Part shown: positions 29,780 to 39,214 of the stretch, piece by piece | How the letters are laid out: every line of letters begins with the position of its first letter | Position numbering within the stretch: the stretch's first letter is position 1 | Assembly: GCA_029856365.1 (NCBI GenBank) | Contig: JAHQWW010000025.1 | Span: 1 to 44,017, forward strand | From: Candidatus Hodarchaeota archaeon | GTDB taxonomy: Archaea > Asgardarchaeota > Heimdallarchaeia > Hodarchaeales > Hodarchaeaceae | Reading direction: 5' to 3' | DNA length: 44,017 bases | Made by a program: the position numbers and the translations under genes | Notes under the pieces: model-generated | The model's database searches: none | The model's input: the letters and a program-made list of their open reading frames with translations, nothing else | What the model was told of the DNA's origin: nothing

Positions 29780-30052
29780 GAAGGTTCAACTTTAAAGACT
29801 AGGACATATTAATAATATACCAGTAGTAGTTACAATAGCTCAAAATTCAAAGATGATCATAATTGAATCAAACAGTTCAGAGTTCTACTCAATCAAACAA
29901 ATAGGTATTTTACTTCTTAATATGTAATTAATAACAAAAAAGTGTAATTCTATCCAATAATTTGTTTATCCAATGTAAATTTTTTATAGTCATTTTGGAC
30001 TGCTTTATTAGCGCGGTTATTTGTTATAATTAACCTTCAAGGAGTGTTTATT

Positions 30053-30262
30053 ATGAGTGAAACAACATATAAAGTCATCCAATTAGTTGGTAGTAGCCCA
30101 AATAGCTGGGAAGAAGCAGTTAAAACCGCTATTGAAAAAGCTTCGAAAACTCTTAGGGATCTACGCATTGTAACAGTCGATGAACTAGATTGCAGAGTTG
30201 AAGAGGGTAAGATAGTAGCATATCGGGCCAGAGTACGCCTTAGTTTCAAAATGGAAGACTAA
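30053..30262 (+). CDS. Dodecin (flavin-binding)
   Basis: YKVIQLVGSSPNSWEEA...A-x-KTLRDLR...YR-x4-LSFK; AAGGAG upstream. Confidence 0.93.
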   Translation: MSETTYKVIQLVGSSPNSWEEAVKTAIEKASKTLRDLRIVTVDELDCRVEEGKIVAYRARVRLSFKMED

Positions 30263-30288
30263 AGACAAAAATAACGGTTTTAACATCA

Positions 30289-30309
30289 TTCTCTTATTTT
30301 TTTATTTTT
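30289..30309 (+). terminator. T-rich terminator after dodecin
   Basis: TTCTCTTATTTTTTTATTTT tract. Confidence 0.5.
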
Positions 30310-30373
30310 AGAATAGTAATCCAATCACTAGTTTACGATTCGTTTTCTAAGCAAAAAATAATGGAGATTTCTA

Positions 30374-30805
30374 ATGAACAATAGAAGATTCCCGAAAAGG
30401 CCTTGGGTTAGCGCCCATGCCATCATTTTTGATCCTAAAAAGAGATTCCTTTTAACTAAACGAGCTGCACCCCCAAAGCAGAACTACTGGTTTCCTCCAG
30501 GTGGAGCTATTGATGTGGGAGAAACAGTTGAAGAAGGATTAATACGAGAGATTAAAGAGGAAACAGATATTCTTGTTAATAATTTGCAATTTGTTGATTT
30601 TATTGATGGTATTTCTCGTAATGCTGAAGGTAAAGTTATTTATCATTTTGTAGTTTTTATGTTCACAGCTAATTATCTTGAAGGTACAATTAAAGCTAAA
30701 GATGACGCGTTAGAGGTTAAGTGGGTATCAATTCAGGATGTTATATCTGAGAAGATTCTAGTTCCAAAAGAATTAACATCAATCTTAAAAAAAATTATGG
30801 ATTAA
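30374..30805 (+). CDS. NUDIX hydrolase
   Basis: GGAIDVGETVEEGLIREIKEET Nudix box. Confidence 0.93.
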   Translation: MNNRRFPKRPWVSAHAIIFDPKKRFLLTKRAAPPKQNYWFPPGGAIDVGETVEEGLIREIKEETDILVNNLQFVDFIDGISRNAEGKVIYHFVVFMFTANYLEGTIKAKDDALEVKWVSIQDVISEKILVPKELTSILKKIMD

Positions 30806-30833
30806 ATAGATTGAAAAACAACATGATAGGAAT

Positions 30834-31637
30834 TCAATAATTAGTAGTGATTATTTTCTTAATTGCGGCCATATATTCCTCTGGACCATACAGTAACAAA
30901 TCATTGTGGCCCGCTCCAGGAATAATCAATATTTCTTTGTTTTCACTCGCAATGTTTTTATGAAGAGCTGCCCCTTCTTTCAAGGGGATGATTATATCGT
31001 TTTCTCCATGAATAAATAGCGTTGGAATCTTCACTGTTTTTATAGCAGTGAGGGGGGATGCTTCTTCTTCCCTTTCGGGAGGCAATAATGAAGAAGGGAT
31101 ACCTAAACGTTTTAGGAGATTATATGTGTGAGCAAAACCACTTTCAATGATTAAACAGGCTAATTGACTTTGGTAGTTGGCCGCAATTTCAATAGCGGAA
31201 GCACTTCCTAGAGATCTCCCCATCACTGAAACCGAACCTAAAAAGTTATTTTCAGAGAGATATGCTCTAAAACCTTGATAAATTGTATGAGCGTCTTCAA
31301 TCATACTAGAAAAAGATGGATGCCCATCACTCTGACCATAGCCTCTATAATCAGCAACAAAGAAGTTTACTCCCATATGTTGGTAAGTTGGACCTATAAA
31401 ATCATAATCAGTTGCAATCTCACCGTTTCCGTGGAAGAATAAAAGCGTTGGAGCGAGTTTATAGTCATTTGTGCGATAAAAACGCCCCACAATATTAATG
31501 TCCTTATTTACAGGGATTGAAAGGGAGTAAGTATCCTTGGTCTCTCTGATTGCTCCCTGATGCCTTCGGGGGTAAAAAATTAAACGTAACATATCAGGAT
31601 CATCTAGGAATGTCAAATTTCGCTCTTCAGGGCTCAC
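30834..31637 (-). CDS. Alpha/beta hydrolase (ABHD13/ABHD17/Bem46-like)
   Basis: FFHGNGE, DYRGYG, GRSLG, HGEND and GAGHND. Confidence 0.9.
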   Translation of the reverse strand: MSPEERNLTFLDDPDMLRLIFYPRRHQGAIRETKDTYSLSIPVNKDINIVGRFYRTNDYKLAPTLLFFHGNGEIATDYDFIGPTYQHMGVNFFVADYRGYGQSDGHPSFSSMIEDAHTIYQGFRAYLSENNFLGSVSVMGRSLGSASAIEIAANYQSQLACLIIESGFAHTYNLLKRLGIPSSLLPPEREEEASPLTAIKTVKIPTLFIHGENDIIIPLKEGAALHKNIASENKEILIIPGAGHNDLLLYGPEEYMAAIKKIITTNY

Positions 31638-31672
31638 AATTTACACAACATTCTGACTAATTATCTAGCTTA

Positions 31673-32503
31673 TTATGTCATTGGTACAAGGACGTCGAGA
31701 CACACTTTAATAATAGAAATTATGGGAACATAAACAAAAATGGAAGCTACTAAGTCCCAGATATAATGTTCCCCCAAATAAATTACGGAAAAAGAGAAAA
31801 TAGCTGCTAGGGTTAAAAAGAAGAGAATACCTACATACCAACCGAACCAAGAGTCGTTTAAGGAGAAAAATAAACATAGAAGGGCACCAGCTAACATCAT
31901 TCCGAAGTGATTACTTGGTAAGCCATTATATAATAAACCATTTACATTATCACTTTGTTTAAACTTCAGAAGACGAATTGGAACGACAGGTAATTCACGG
32001 TCGAATTCATTCCATCGGATAGGAACCACCACAGGGAATAAGAACTGAATTGTCATTGATGTTCCCCAAGCGGTTAAGACCATTATACCATAACGCCAAG
32101 CTTCTTTTCCTTGCAGTCCACAGATAAAGATCTCGATTACCACCGTTACTGCGAACACCCAAAACCACACTTGGATAGTAAAAAAATCTATGATCTTTGC
32201 TAATGTCTCATTAGATCTAAAGTGTTTTTGTAGAAATTGTGTTGGTTTGGGGTTCATAAAAATAGCACGCTTACGAACTCGATCAGGAGTTTGCCATTTG
32301 TTCGCACTTAACCAAAATATAAACATTACAATCATTAATAGTAGTAAAAAGACATTGAAAGGTACCGCAAACGCTTCTTGATAAACCTCGACGATTTCGT
32401 TCAGTACACCCAAGATATCACCGACTAGAACCGCATATTTCTTGAAATAAGGCAAGTTGATAGAAATTTTTCTCAGTTCTTGTATTTTATGGAAAAAATA
32501 CAT
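31673..32503 (-). CDS. PAP2-superfamily membrane phosphotransferase (Aur1/IPC-synthase-like)
   Basis: LFPVVVP, LPSNH and GEHYIWD; about 6 TM segments. Confidence 0.8.
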   Translation of the reverse strand: MYFFHKIQELRKISINLPYFKKYAVLVGDILGVLNEIVEVYQEAFAVPFNVFLLLLMIVMFIFWLSANKWQTPDRVRKRAIFMNPKPTQFLQKHFRSNETLAKIIDFFTIQVWFWVFAVTVVIEIFICGLQGKEAWRYGIMVLTAWGTSMTIQFLFPVVVPIRWNEFDRELPVVPIRLLKFKQSDNVNGLLYNGLPSNHFGMMLAGALLCLFFSLNDSWFGWYVGILFFLTLAAIFSFSVIYLGEHYIWDLVASIFVYVPIISIIKVCLDVLVPMT

Positions 32504-32689
32504 TATTGTTTATTTATATACCATTTATATCTTAATTTCTGTATATTCCACAGACTATCAGTCTCGTCTCTACAATTTTTTTCATTTTCTCCTTTTTCAA
32601 CAAAACTTTCCTAGACGGTTAAAAAATAGTGAGATAACAAAAAAATGTTATACTTCTCCCTACCAGATTCAATATGAAAGTGGAAACCG

Positions 32690-33121
32690 CTATTTCTTTT
32701 TTTTGTGGTTTTTTGTTGGTTTTAAAAACCCAGATGCATCTAAGAATGATTGTGCTTTCTCAAAATCAGCTTCATCTACTGCAAACGCAACATCGGCTAC
32801 TTTTCCTGCAAATCGTAGAACATAAAAAGAGAGAACACGGATATTCTGATCTTCAAACAGCTGAGTAAAGTGTCCAAAAGATCCTGGTTCATCTGGGATA
32901 GATACAACGAAGATATCCTGCGTAGAGAAAGGAATTTTAAGTTCCCTCAATACTTTTATCGTGTTTTCTTCATTGTCAGTGAATAAAACTGCTGTACAAA
33001 CTCCAAACGCAGTTGTCCCTGCCATTGATACAATATCTATCCCCCACTTACCAAAAGCTTTTCCAATCTGTGCAAGAACATGACTATTCTCTAGGTGAAT
33101 TACAAATTGCTTCAAACTCAA
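32690..33121 (-). CDS. Tandem ACT-domain protein
   Basis: KQFVIHLEN...LAQI...GIDI and IPDEPGSF...NIRV. Confidence 0.85.
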   Translation of the reverse strand: MSLKQFVIHLENSHVLAQIGKAFGKWGIDIVSMAGTTAFGVCTAVLFTDNEENTIKVLRELKIPFSTQDIFVVSIPDEPGSFGHFTQLFEDQNIRVLSFYVLRFAGKVADVAFAVDEADFEKAQSFLDASGFLKPTKNHKKKK

Positions 33122-33235
33122 AACCCCAAGCTAGAGAAATCTCTCCTGAGTTTACTTATAAACTTTCACTTTAATTTAAAGATATTTCAACTATTTTTCT
33201 AGGGGGATTACATTTATTTTGATAACAATGTTTAT

Positions 33236-33979
33236 CTATAAAACCTGAGTCAGTTCTGTAATATTAGAAATAATTTTGTGGAAATTAAACTTTTCAATCA
33301 TTTCCCTTTTCGATTCATCACTAGGAGAGCAAATCCAAAGGGCTTTAATCCCAAATTGTAACGCTCCCTTGATATCCGCATTAATTTCATCACCTACGTG
33401 GATAATGTGCTCCTTACTACGATAAGATAAACCTGATATCGCAGCAGCGAATACCTTGGGACTGGGCTTTCTCCAACCTAAATCTCCTGAGAATATAATC
33501 TGATCAAAATAGCTAACAATATCAAATTTTCGAAGGACATCCCAGCCATTCTGCGCCCAAGAATGGTTGGATGCTAATACTAATGTATATTCATTTTCTT
33601 TCAAATAATCTAGAGTTTTAAACAGTCCTGGAAATGGATGAATTAAGGGCAAGGCTGATTTAAAATAAAATTTAATGATCTTTGTCGCCAATGATAATAA
33701 ATCTGAAGATAAGTCCGTGTATTGGCTTAATACATCAAATAGGATATCATCGTTACGAAACTCTGTTTCAGTCTCCTTATCTTGAACTTTTTGTCGAATT
33801 GAGCTATAATAATCGGTAATTATATTATCCAATGTAATTTTAGGTATTTTTTGTTGAAGTTCTGGGAATTCAAGTAGAGCTTTTTCCATATGAGACCATA
33901 CATTAAAGGAACTACGATCAACATAAACGAGAGTGTTAAATAGATCCAATGAAACAATATCAAAATCTTTTTGTGACAT
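33236..33979 (-). CDS. HAD-superfamily hydrolase
   Basis: DLFNTL, ASN, RKPSP and HVGDEINADIKGA. Confidence 0.9.
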   Translation of the reverse strand: MSQKDFDIVSLDLFNTLVYVDRSSFNVWSHMEKALLEFPELQQKIPKITLDNIITDYYSSIRQKVQDKETETEFRNDDILFDVLSQYTDLSSDLLSLATKIIKFYFKSALPLIHPFPGLFKTLDYLKENEYTLVLASNHSWAQNGWDVLRKFDIVSYFDQIIFSGDLGWRKPSPKVFAAAISGLSYRSKEHIIHVGDEINADIKGALQFGIKALWICSPSDESKREMIEKFNFHKIISNITELTQVL

Positions 33980-33996
33980 CTAATTTAGCTTCCCAA

Positions 33997-35652
33997 TTAT
34001 GCACGAAAATGACGATATTTCATGTAAGTAAGAATTTTGTAGAAGTATTTACCGCCAAATACACCGGATGCTTTCAATCCACCCAAATGGGGAGTATAAT
34101 CAGTCATGTGAAGGTGATCTGTATTAATACAAACCCCTGGAGCTTGTATTTCGTCAAAGAAACGCCCCCATATTTCAGGATCGTCTGTATAGACAGAGGT
34201 TCTTAGACCGTAAGTTGTATTGTTGGCCTGATTAATGGCTTCTTCAAAATTGTGAATCTTCATGACAGGTAGGACAGGGCCAAAAGTTTCCTGATACCAC
34301 ATCTTGCAGGATAAGTCTACATTTGTTAAGATGGTTGGTTTATAGAATAACCCGGCTTCATCACGCTCTCCTGCAAAATTCATTCGATACCCTCCAGTTT
34401 CAATATTGGCACTTTTTTGAAGAGCCTCATTAATCATATCGATGATCTGATACAATGCTCTGGTTCCAATGATTGGGAGATCAGTTTTGGTGTCTGAAGG
34501 TAAGCCAACACGGAGTTTGTCAGCTTTTTCACATAGAATTGTAATAAAGTCTTCAAAAATGGCTTCATGAAGAAAGAGGCGTTTAACAGCTAAACACGTT
34601 TGACCTGATCCGAAAAAGCGGGCATGAATTATATGATCAGCAACTTCATCTAGATCAACATCTTTCCATACCAAACTAGCTCCGCTTCCCGCTAGTTCTG
34701 GAACAAAATGCATCCCCCGCCTGACAGCTTTACTCATCAATTTTAATCCGACATCTGAGTCACCGTAGTACACCATGGCATCGAGAGGGGACTCATTCAC
34801 CATATAATTGGCGATAGGCTTCCCAGGTCCAATTATGGCTTGGAATGCGCTCAAGGGGAATTCCATTTCCTCCATAGTGTCCTTTAACACATAAGCTACC
34901 GCCATATTTGTTAAAGGTACCCGAGTTGGCGAACGAATCACAGTGGCATTTCCTGCAAAATATGAAGAATAGATAGCAAGAAGGCCAAGTCCAATAGCTG
35001 CATTATATGGTGGAAATATCCCGACTGTACCAAAAGGATATCGATGAAGAATAGTCTTTTCTCCTTCAACAGCACATGGAATCTCTTCAGGACTAATTCG
35101 TGATGTACAGAATTCAACCTCGGCTTTGCTTTTCAATGCTTTGAAAACAGTGCTTTGATATTCAAAGAGAGGAAGGGGAGTCCCTTCTGCAATTGCGATA
35201 GATTTAAAATCGTCGTAATTCTTCCACATATGCTTCGCCATAACCGAAATACTCTCACCACGTTCTTCTAATGTTAACCCAGCTCCAGATTTAGCTAAAT
35301 CTCTGTGCATCAAACCTTTTATTCGAGAGGCTTCCTCTGCTGCAATTGCGGTTTCTTTAACATTACCTATTGCAAATTCAGCGAATTCAATGTCTGCTAT
35401 TTCTGAAGGACTGGCTTCAGGCCAACCATGTACTTTAATATGATCTTTGAGTAATCGGATCTCAGGACTTTTCTCTGGAAGGATTCCCGTGAACCGTCGT
35501 GATATTAACCGATTGAGTGACCCTTGGGATTTTAACACGGAAGCAAAGAGTATGCGGGGATCTTGAATTACTTTCTCCATATTAGGAAAGGTTCCTATCG
35601 GAAGCCCTTCTGTAACGATTTCACCTTTAAGTAAATTGCCAAAAATTCTCAT
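33997..35652 (-). CDS. Aldehyde dehydrogenase family protein with N-terminal insertion
   Basis: PFGTVGIFPPYN, ELAG, SGQTC, ETFGP and ANNTTYGL. Confidence 0.9.
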   Translation of the reverse strand: MRIFGNLLKGEIVTEGLPIGTFPNMEKVIQDPRILFASVLKSQGSLNRLISRRFTGILPEKSPEIRLLKDHIKVHGWPEASPSEIADIEFAEFAIGNVKETAIAAEEASRIKGLMHRDLAKSGAGLTLEERGESISVMAKHMWKNYDDFKSIAIAEGTPLPLFEYQSTVFKALKSKAEVEFCTSRISPEEIPCAVEGEKTILHRYPFGTVGIFPPYNAAIGLGLLAIYSSYFAGNATVIRSPTRVPLTNMAVAYVLKDTMEEMEFPLSAFQAIIGPGKPIANYMVNESPLDAMVYYGDSDVGLKLMSKAVRRGMHFVPELAGSGASLVWKDVDLDEVADHIIHARFFGSGQTCLAVKRLFLHEAIFEDFITILCEKADKLRVGLPSDTKTDLPIIGTRALYQIIDMINEALQKSANIETGGYRMNFAGERDEAGLFYKPTILTNVDLSCKMWYQETFGPVLPVMKIHNFEEAINQANNTTYGLRTSVYTDDPEIWGRFFDEIQAPGVCINTDHLHMTDYTPHLGGLKASGVFGGKYFYKILTYMKYRHFRA

Positions 35653-35697
35653 GAATCATCTATCCAACATTGAATCATAAAAGAAAATCTCAATACA

Positions 35698-37254
35698 CTA
35701 TCTAGAAAATGTTTCGGGTGAAAACTTAAACATTCGTGCGAATTTCATGAGGAGATCCATATCATCAGTGGTGATATTGACTTTACCAGCCATCATAGAT
35801 TGTATTGCTTCTTGTTTTCCTAACATAATATTTTTCCAAGTATTAGAGTCCGTCTTGACTGTCATTATTGCTTGATCTGATGTAGCTTCTTCTACACGAC
35901 ATTGTTGATTCTGAATATGCAACAGCCAAGTATCAGCATCAGAGAACTCAAATTGAATTAAAGCAGTGACCCCCTCAGCTCTTTCAGGACGAAAACCTTT
36001 AGGAATATTGGACATCATAGTTGAAAAATCAACTTCAACCTCGGGTATTAATCTGGCTTTTCTTCGTTTTTGTTCAATATACACTTCTCTTTGAATAAGG
36101 TATCGCATGATTTCTGAAGTTCCTCCACCGATGGTTCCTAAGCGAGCATCTCGATAAAATTTTTCAATTCCAGAGTAATCTTTAACATATCCTTCTCCTC
36201 CAAGTATTTGTATTGCCATATCTGTGATTTTAACGGCTGTTTCTGTTGCAAACAGCTTAGCCATAGTAGCTTCTTTTGTTGCTGGTTGTTTTCGTTCTAA
36301 CATTCTTGCTGCGGTAACAGTCATTAATCTTGTAGCTCGCATAAGCGTTGCCATGTCAGCAATTTTGAATGATATCGCTTCAAAACGCGAGATTGGTCGT
36401 CCAAATTGAACTCTACTCATAGAATGTTCTACTGCTATTTCAAAAGGTTTTCTCATACAACCGAGGGATTCAGCTGCAATACCAACCCGCTCAGTGTCCA
36501 ATTCATCCATCAAGATTAAAAATCCTTGATTCTGCTTACCAAGCAAATTTTCAGGAGGAACCCTCATATCTTTAATTTTGAAATGAGTATTGCAAACCCC
36601 ACGACGTCCCATTAGATCGTAGTCTTTGATCACCAAGAATCCCTCCCATTCAGTTTGAATAATGAATGCAGACATCCCTGATTTGCTATCCACAGAAGGA
36701 TTTGTAATGGCAAAAGTAACTATTTGATCCGCAATTGATCCATTTGTAATAAACCTTTTTTCACCATTCAATATCCAGACTTGTTCCTTTTCGTCCCAAC
36801 TGGCTTTTGTTTCCATACCTGCAGTATCACTACCAACATTAGGTTCAGTAATAGCAAGGGATCCTATTCTCTCCCCTTTTGCTAAATCTAGCAGATATTT
36901 TTGCTTTTGTTCTTCTGTTCCAAAGCGTAAGATCGGAATTGTAGAGAGGGTACAGCTTGCACCAAACCCCATTGTGAGAGCTGGGCTCACTGCAGAGATT
37001 TCTTCCCCTACGATGAGTTGAAACATTAAAGATTTCTCCAATCCACCGTATTTTTTTGGAATCATTATTCCTGTGAAACCTTCTCGCCCCATCTTTCGCA
37101 TAAGATCACGCCACATATCTTCTGATAATGGAGCATCTGTTTCGACCTTTTTGGCAATAGGTACAATTTGTTTTTCTACAAATCTTCTAGTAACCTCTCG
37201 GAATGCGAGTTCATCTTCAGTGTAAAGTAAATCTTCATCATTAATCAATGTCAT
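35698..37254 (-). CDS. Acyl-CoA dehydrogenase fused to a C-terminal SCP2 domain
   Basis: AITEPNVGSD, LNGEKRFITNG, RVQFGRPI and IGGGTSE; C-terminal F-x-PERAEG...IQFEF...MMAGKV. Confidence 0.93.
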   Translation of the reverse strand: MTLINDEDLLYTEDELAFREVTRRFVEKQIVPIAKKVETDAPLSEDMWRDLMRKMGREGFTGIMIPKKYGGLEKSLMFQLIVGEEISAVSPALTMGFGASCTLSTIPILRFGTEEQKQKYLLDLAKGERIGSLAITEPNVGSDTAGMETKASWDEKEQVWILNGEKRFITNGSIADQIVTFAITNPSVDSKSGMSAFIIQTEWEGFLVIKDYDLMGRRGVCNTHFKIKDMRVPPENLLGKQNQGFLILMDELDTERVGIAAESLGCMRKPFEIAVEHSMSRVQFGRPISRFEAISFKIADMATLMRATRLMTVTAARMLERKQPATKEATMAKLFATETAVKITDMAIQILGGEGYVKDYSGIEKFYRDARLGTIGGGTSEIMRYLIQREVYIEQKRRKARLIPEVEVDFSTMMSNIPKGFRPERAEGVTALIQFEFSDADTWLLHIQNQQCRVEEATSDQAIMTVKTDSNTWKNIMLGKQEAIQSMMAGKVNITTDDMDLLMKFARMFKFSPETFSR

Positions 37255-37616
37255 TGGGGCTCAACTCATGAAAATAAACTAAGAAATAATAATTTCTCTG
37301 ATAATTCTTCTTTTTGGGTCTATATAATGAGTTTTGAGATCTATATTACAGACTTTATTTCATCACTTAACTTGTTAGTTGTTGTTTGTGATTTTTGATT
37401 TTTCAATTTATTCCTTACCACTATTTTCCTTTAAGACTATCGTTTTTTTCGAATTTCTTCCTAATAGACTAAATTATATACGAAAAATAATTAATAAATA
37501 TCTTACAATTATTATGGTTATCGAAAATCCAAGAATTTCTATCAGTATTGCAGCTTTTTTTATATTTGTATGTAAGTAGATATTACTAGTCTTTGTTTGA
37601 TTGATGAGGATCTTGA

Positions 37617-39143
37617 ATGAAAGATAGTATTGATCTAAGAAATATTGCGAAAAAACGTTGGTATATTGGTTGTTTTTTTTTGGTACTTAGTGTTATTTGT
37701 ACTGTATTTCTTATATTGCTTTGGGTAATTATACCTATATTTTCTACTCCAGAAATTTTCTTTGATGGATTTTTACGTAAAATAATCTTATTTTTTTGCA
37801 TTCTTTGGGTGTTTCATATTTCAATTATTGTAATTTTTGTTTTTATATGGTGCTTTGAAAGTTTACGAGCAATAGAAAAACCTAAAATGAAGTGGAACAA
37901 AGGAACTCAGAAATCAAAAAAAATTGTACTTAAATTATATCCGGTTTTCACTACTTTCATTGCACTATTTATTTTATTAAGAATCATAGAAATGCCTGAC
38001 CTTTTTGGCATTTCATTTTTTCTTTTTATACCTACCATATTTTTCATAATTGGAGGGATTTTCTTTTTGACTTCACGTGTTTCAACCACATGGGAAGTTG
38101 AAGAACATTTTCTATTAATAAAGGAGAGATGTCTTTTTCATGAAGTCTTAGTAACAGTATGTCTTAGCAGATTAGAATTAATAAAAATACCTAAGAGGTT
38201 GGATTATGCAACAATATTATGTGGTACTGAACGAATTGAATTTTGGTACAAAAATACTCTAAATTTTTCACCTGATCTTGTAACATGTTCTATTCCACGA
38301 AAAAACCCCTTATATTCCATAAGTTTCCTAATTAGATTTTTAGAACAGTTTCCCGAGATTCAGATTAAAATAGATCTTCCCTATATTTATAAAAAACTCA
38401 AATTAAGTCATTTTTTAGAAAAAACTGATTTTAAAGTCTCTGATTGGTTAAAGCAGCATAAGTCTTTTATTACCAATTTGCCTTTAATCGTTGATTCTTC
38501 TTCATATACTTTAGCAGATTTTATTAAGGATTTGACTGTTTTACCACGTTATTATGCAACTAGTGTTGGAAATGAATCAAACCTTCTTCTTAGTGGTATT
38601 AATCAAAAAACTGAAATATTGTTCAGAAATAAGAGATTTCAAAAAGTGAGTCATTTTGGATTATTAATTTCAGGCATACTAATAATCCTTGGACTATTGG
38701 CTATTTTTTCTTCGTTAATGTTTCCAGATTCTCCTATTCTTAATATATTATTTGTACCTAATATTAGAAGGGATTTGGAATTTCCTCCGTTATATTTCTT
38801 TTTATATGGGATCCTTTACATATTCCTAGGACTGATTATTAGTTATCATCTTATTTCTCGAATTGTCGCGTCGAAATTACCAGTAATACAGTTTGATCCT
38901 AAAAAATTCCGAATTGGACGTAAGTATCACTTAAAGGGAATCATATGGGAAATTGAATTATATTACTCAATCCTATGTGATATTAGAGAAAATCAGAATT
39001 ATAAAGATCCCAAAATTTTAGTGGTTAATCTTGTAACAGTTATAGGAGAATTCCCTTTTCTTTCAATATCAAAAGATGAATTTCAACAAGTGAAATTAGA
39101 GCTTAACTCAATTTTTGCTTATTACAACCAAGTTATCCTTTAA
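37617..39143 (+). CDS. Hypothetical membrane protein with repeated TM-hairpin + soluble modules
   Basis: 508-aa ORF with about 6 TM segments in pairs; noticeably AT-richer than its flanks. Confidence 0.75.
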   Translation: MKDSIDLRNIAKKRWYIGCFFLVLSVICTVFLILLWVIIPIFSTPEIFFDGFLRKIILFFCILWVFHISIIVIFVFIWCFESLRAIEKPKMKWNKGTQKSKKIVLKLYPVFTTFIALFILLRIIEMPDLFGISFFLFIPTIFFIIGGIFFLTSRVSTTWEVEEHFLLIKERCLFHEVLVTVCLSRLELIKIPKRLDYATILCGTERIEFWYKNTLNFSPDLVTCSIPRKNPLYSISFLIRFLEQFPEIQIKIDLPYIYKKLKLSHFLEKTDFKVSDWLKQHKSFITNLPLIVDSSSYTLADFIKDLTVLPRYYATSVGNESNLLLSGINQKTEILFRNKRFQKVSHFGLLISGILIILGLLAIFSSLMFPDSPILNILFVPNIRRDLEFPPLYFFLYGILYIFLGLIISYHLISRIVASKLPVIQFDPKKFRIGRKYHLKGIIWEIELYYSILCDIRENQNYKDPKILVVNLVTVIGEFPFLSISKDEFQQVKLELNSIFAYYNQVIL

Positions 39144-39214
39144 AATATATTTGGAAATACAATGATTAGGAAAATAAATAATGAAATAAACATAGTTCTT
39201 ATTAGTACAAAAAA

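Noticed and set aside
29780-30040. Possible C/D-box sRNA between tpiA and dodecin
   Set aside because: No proper RUGAUGA box C paired with a CUGA box D at the right spacing
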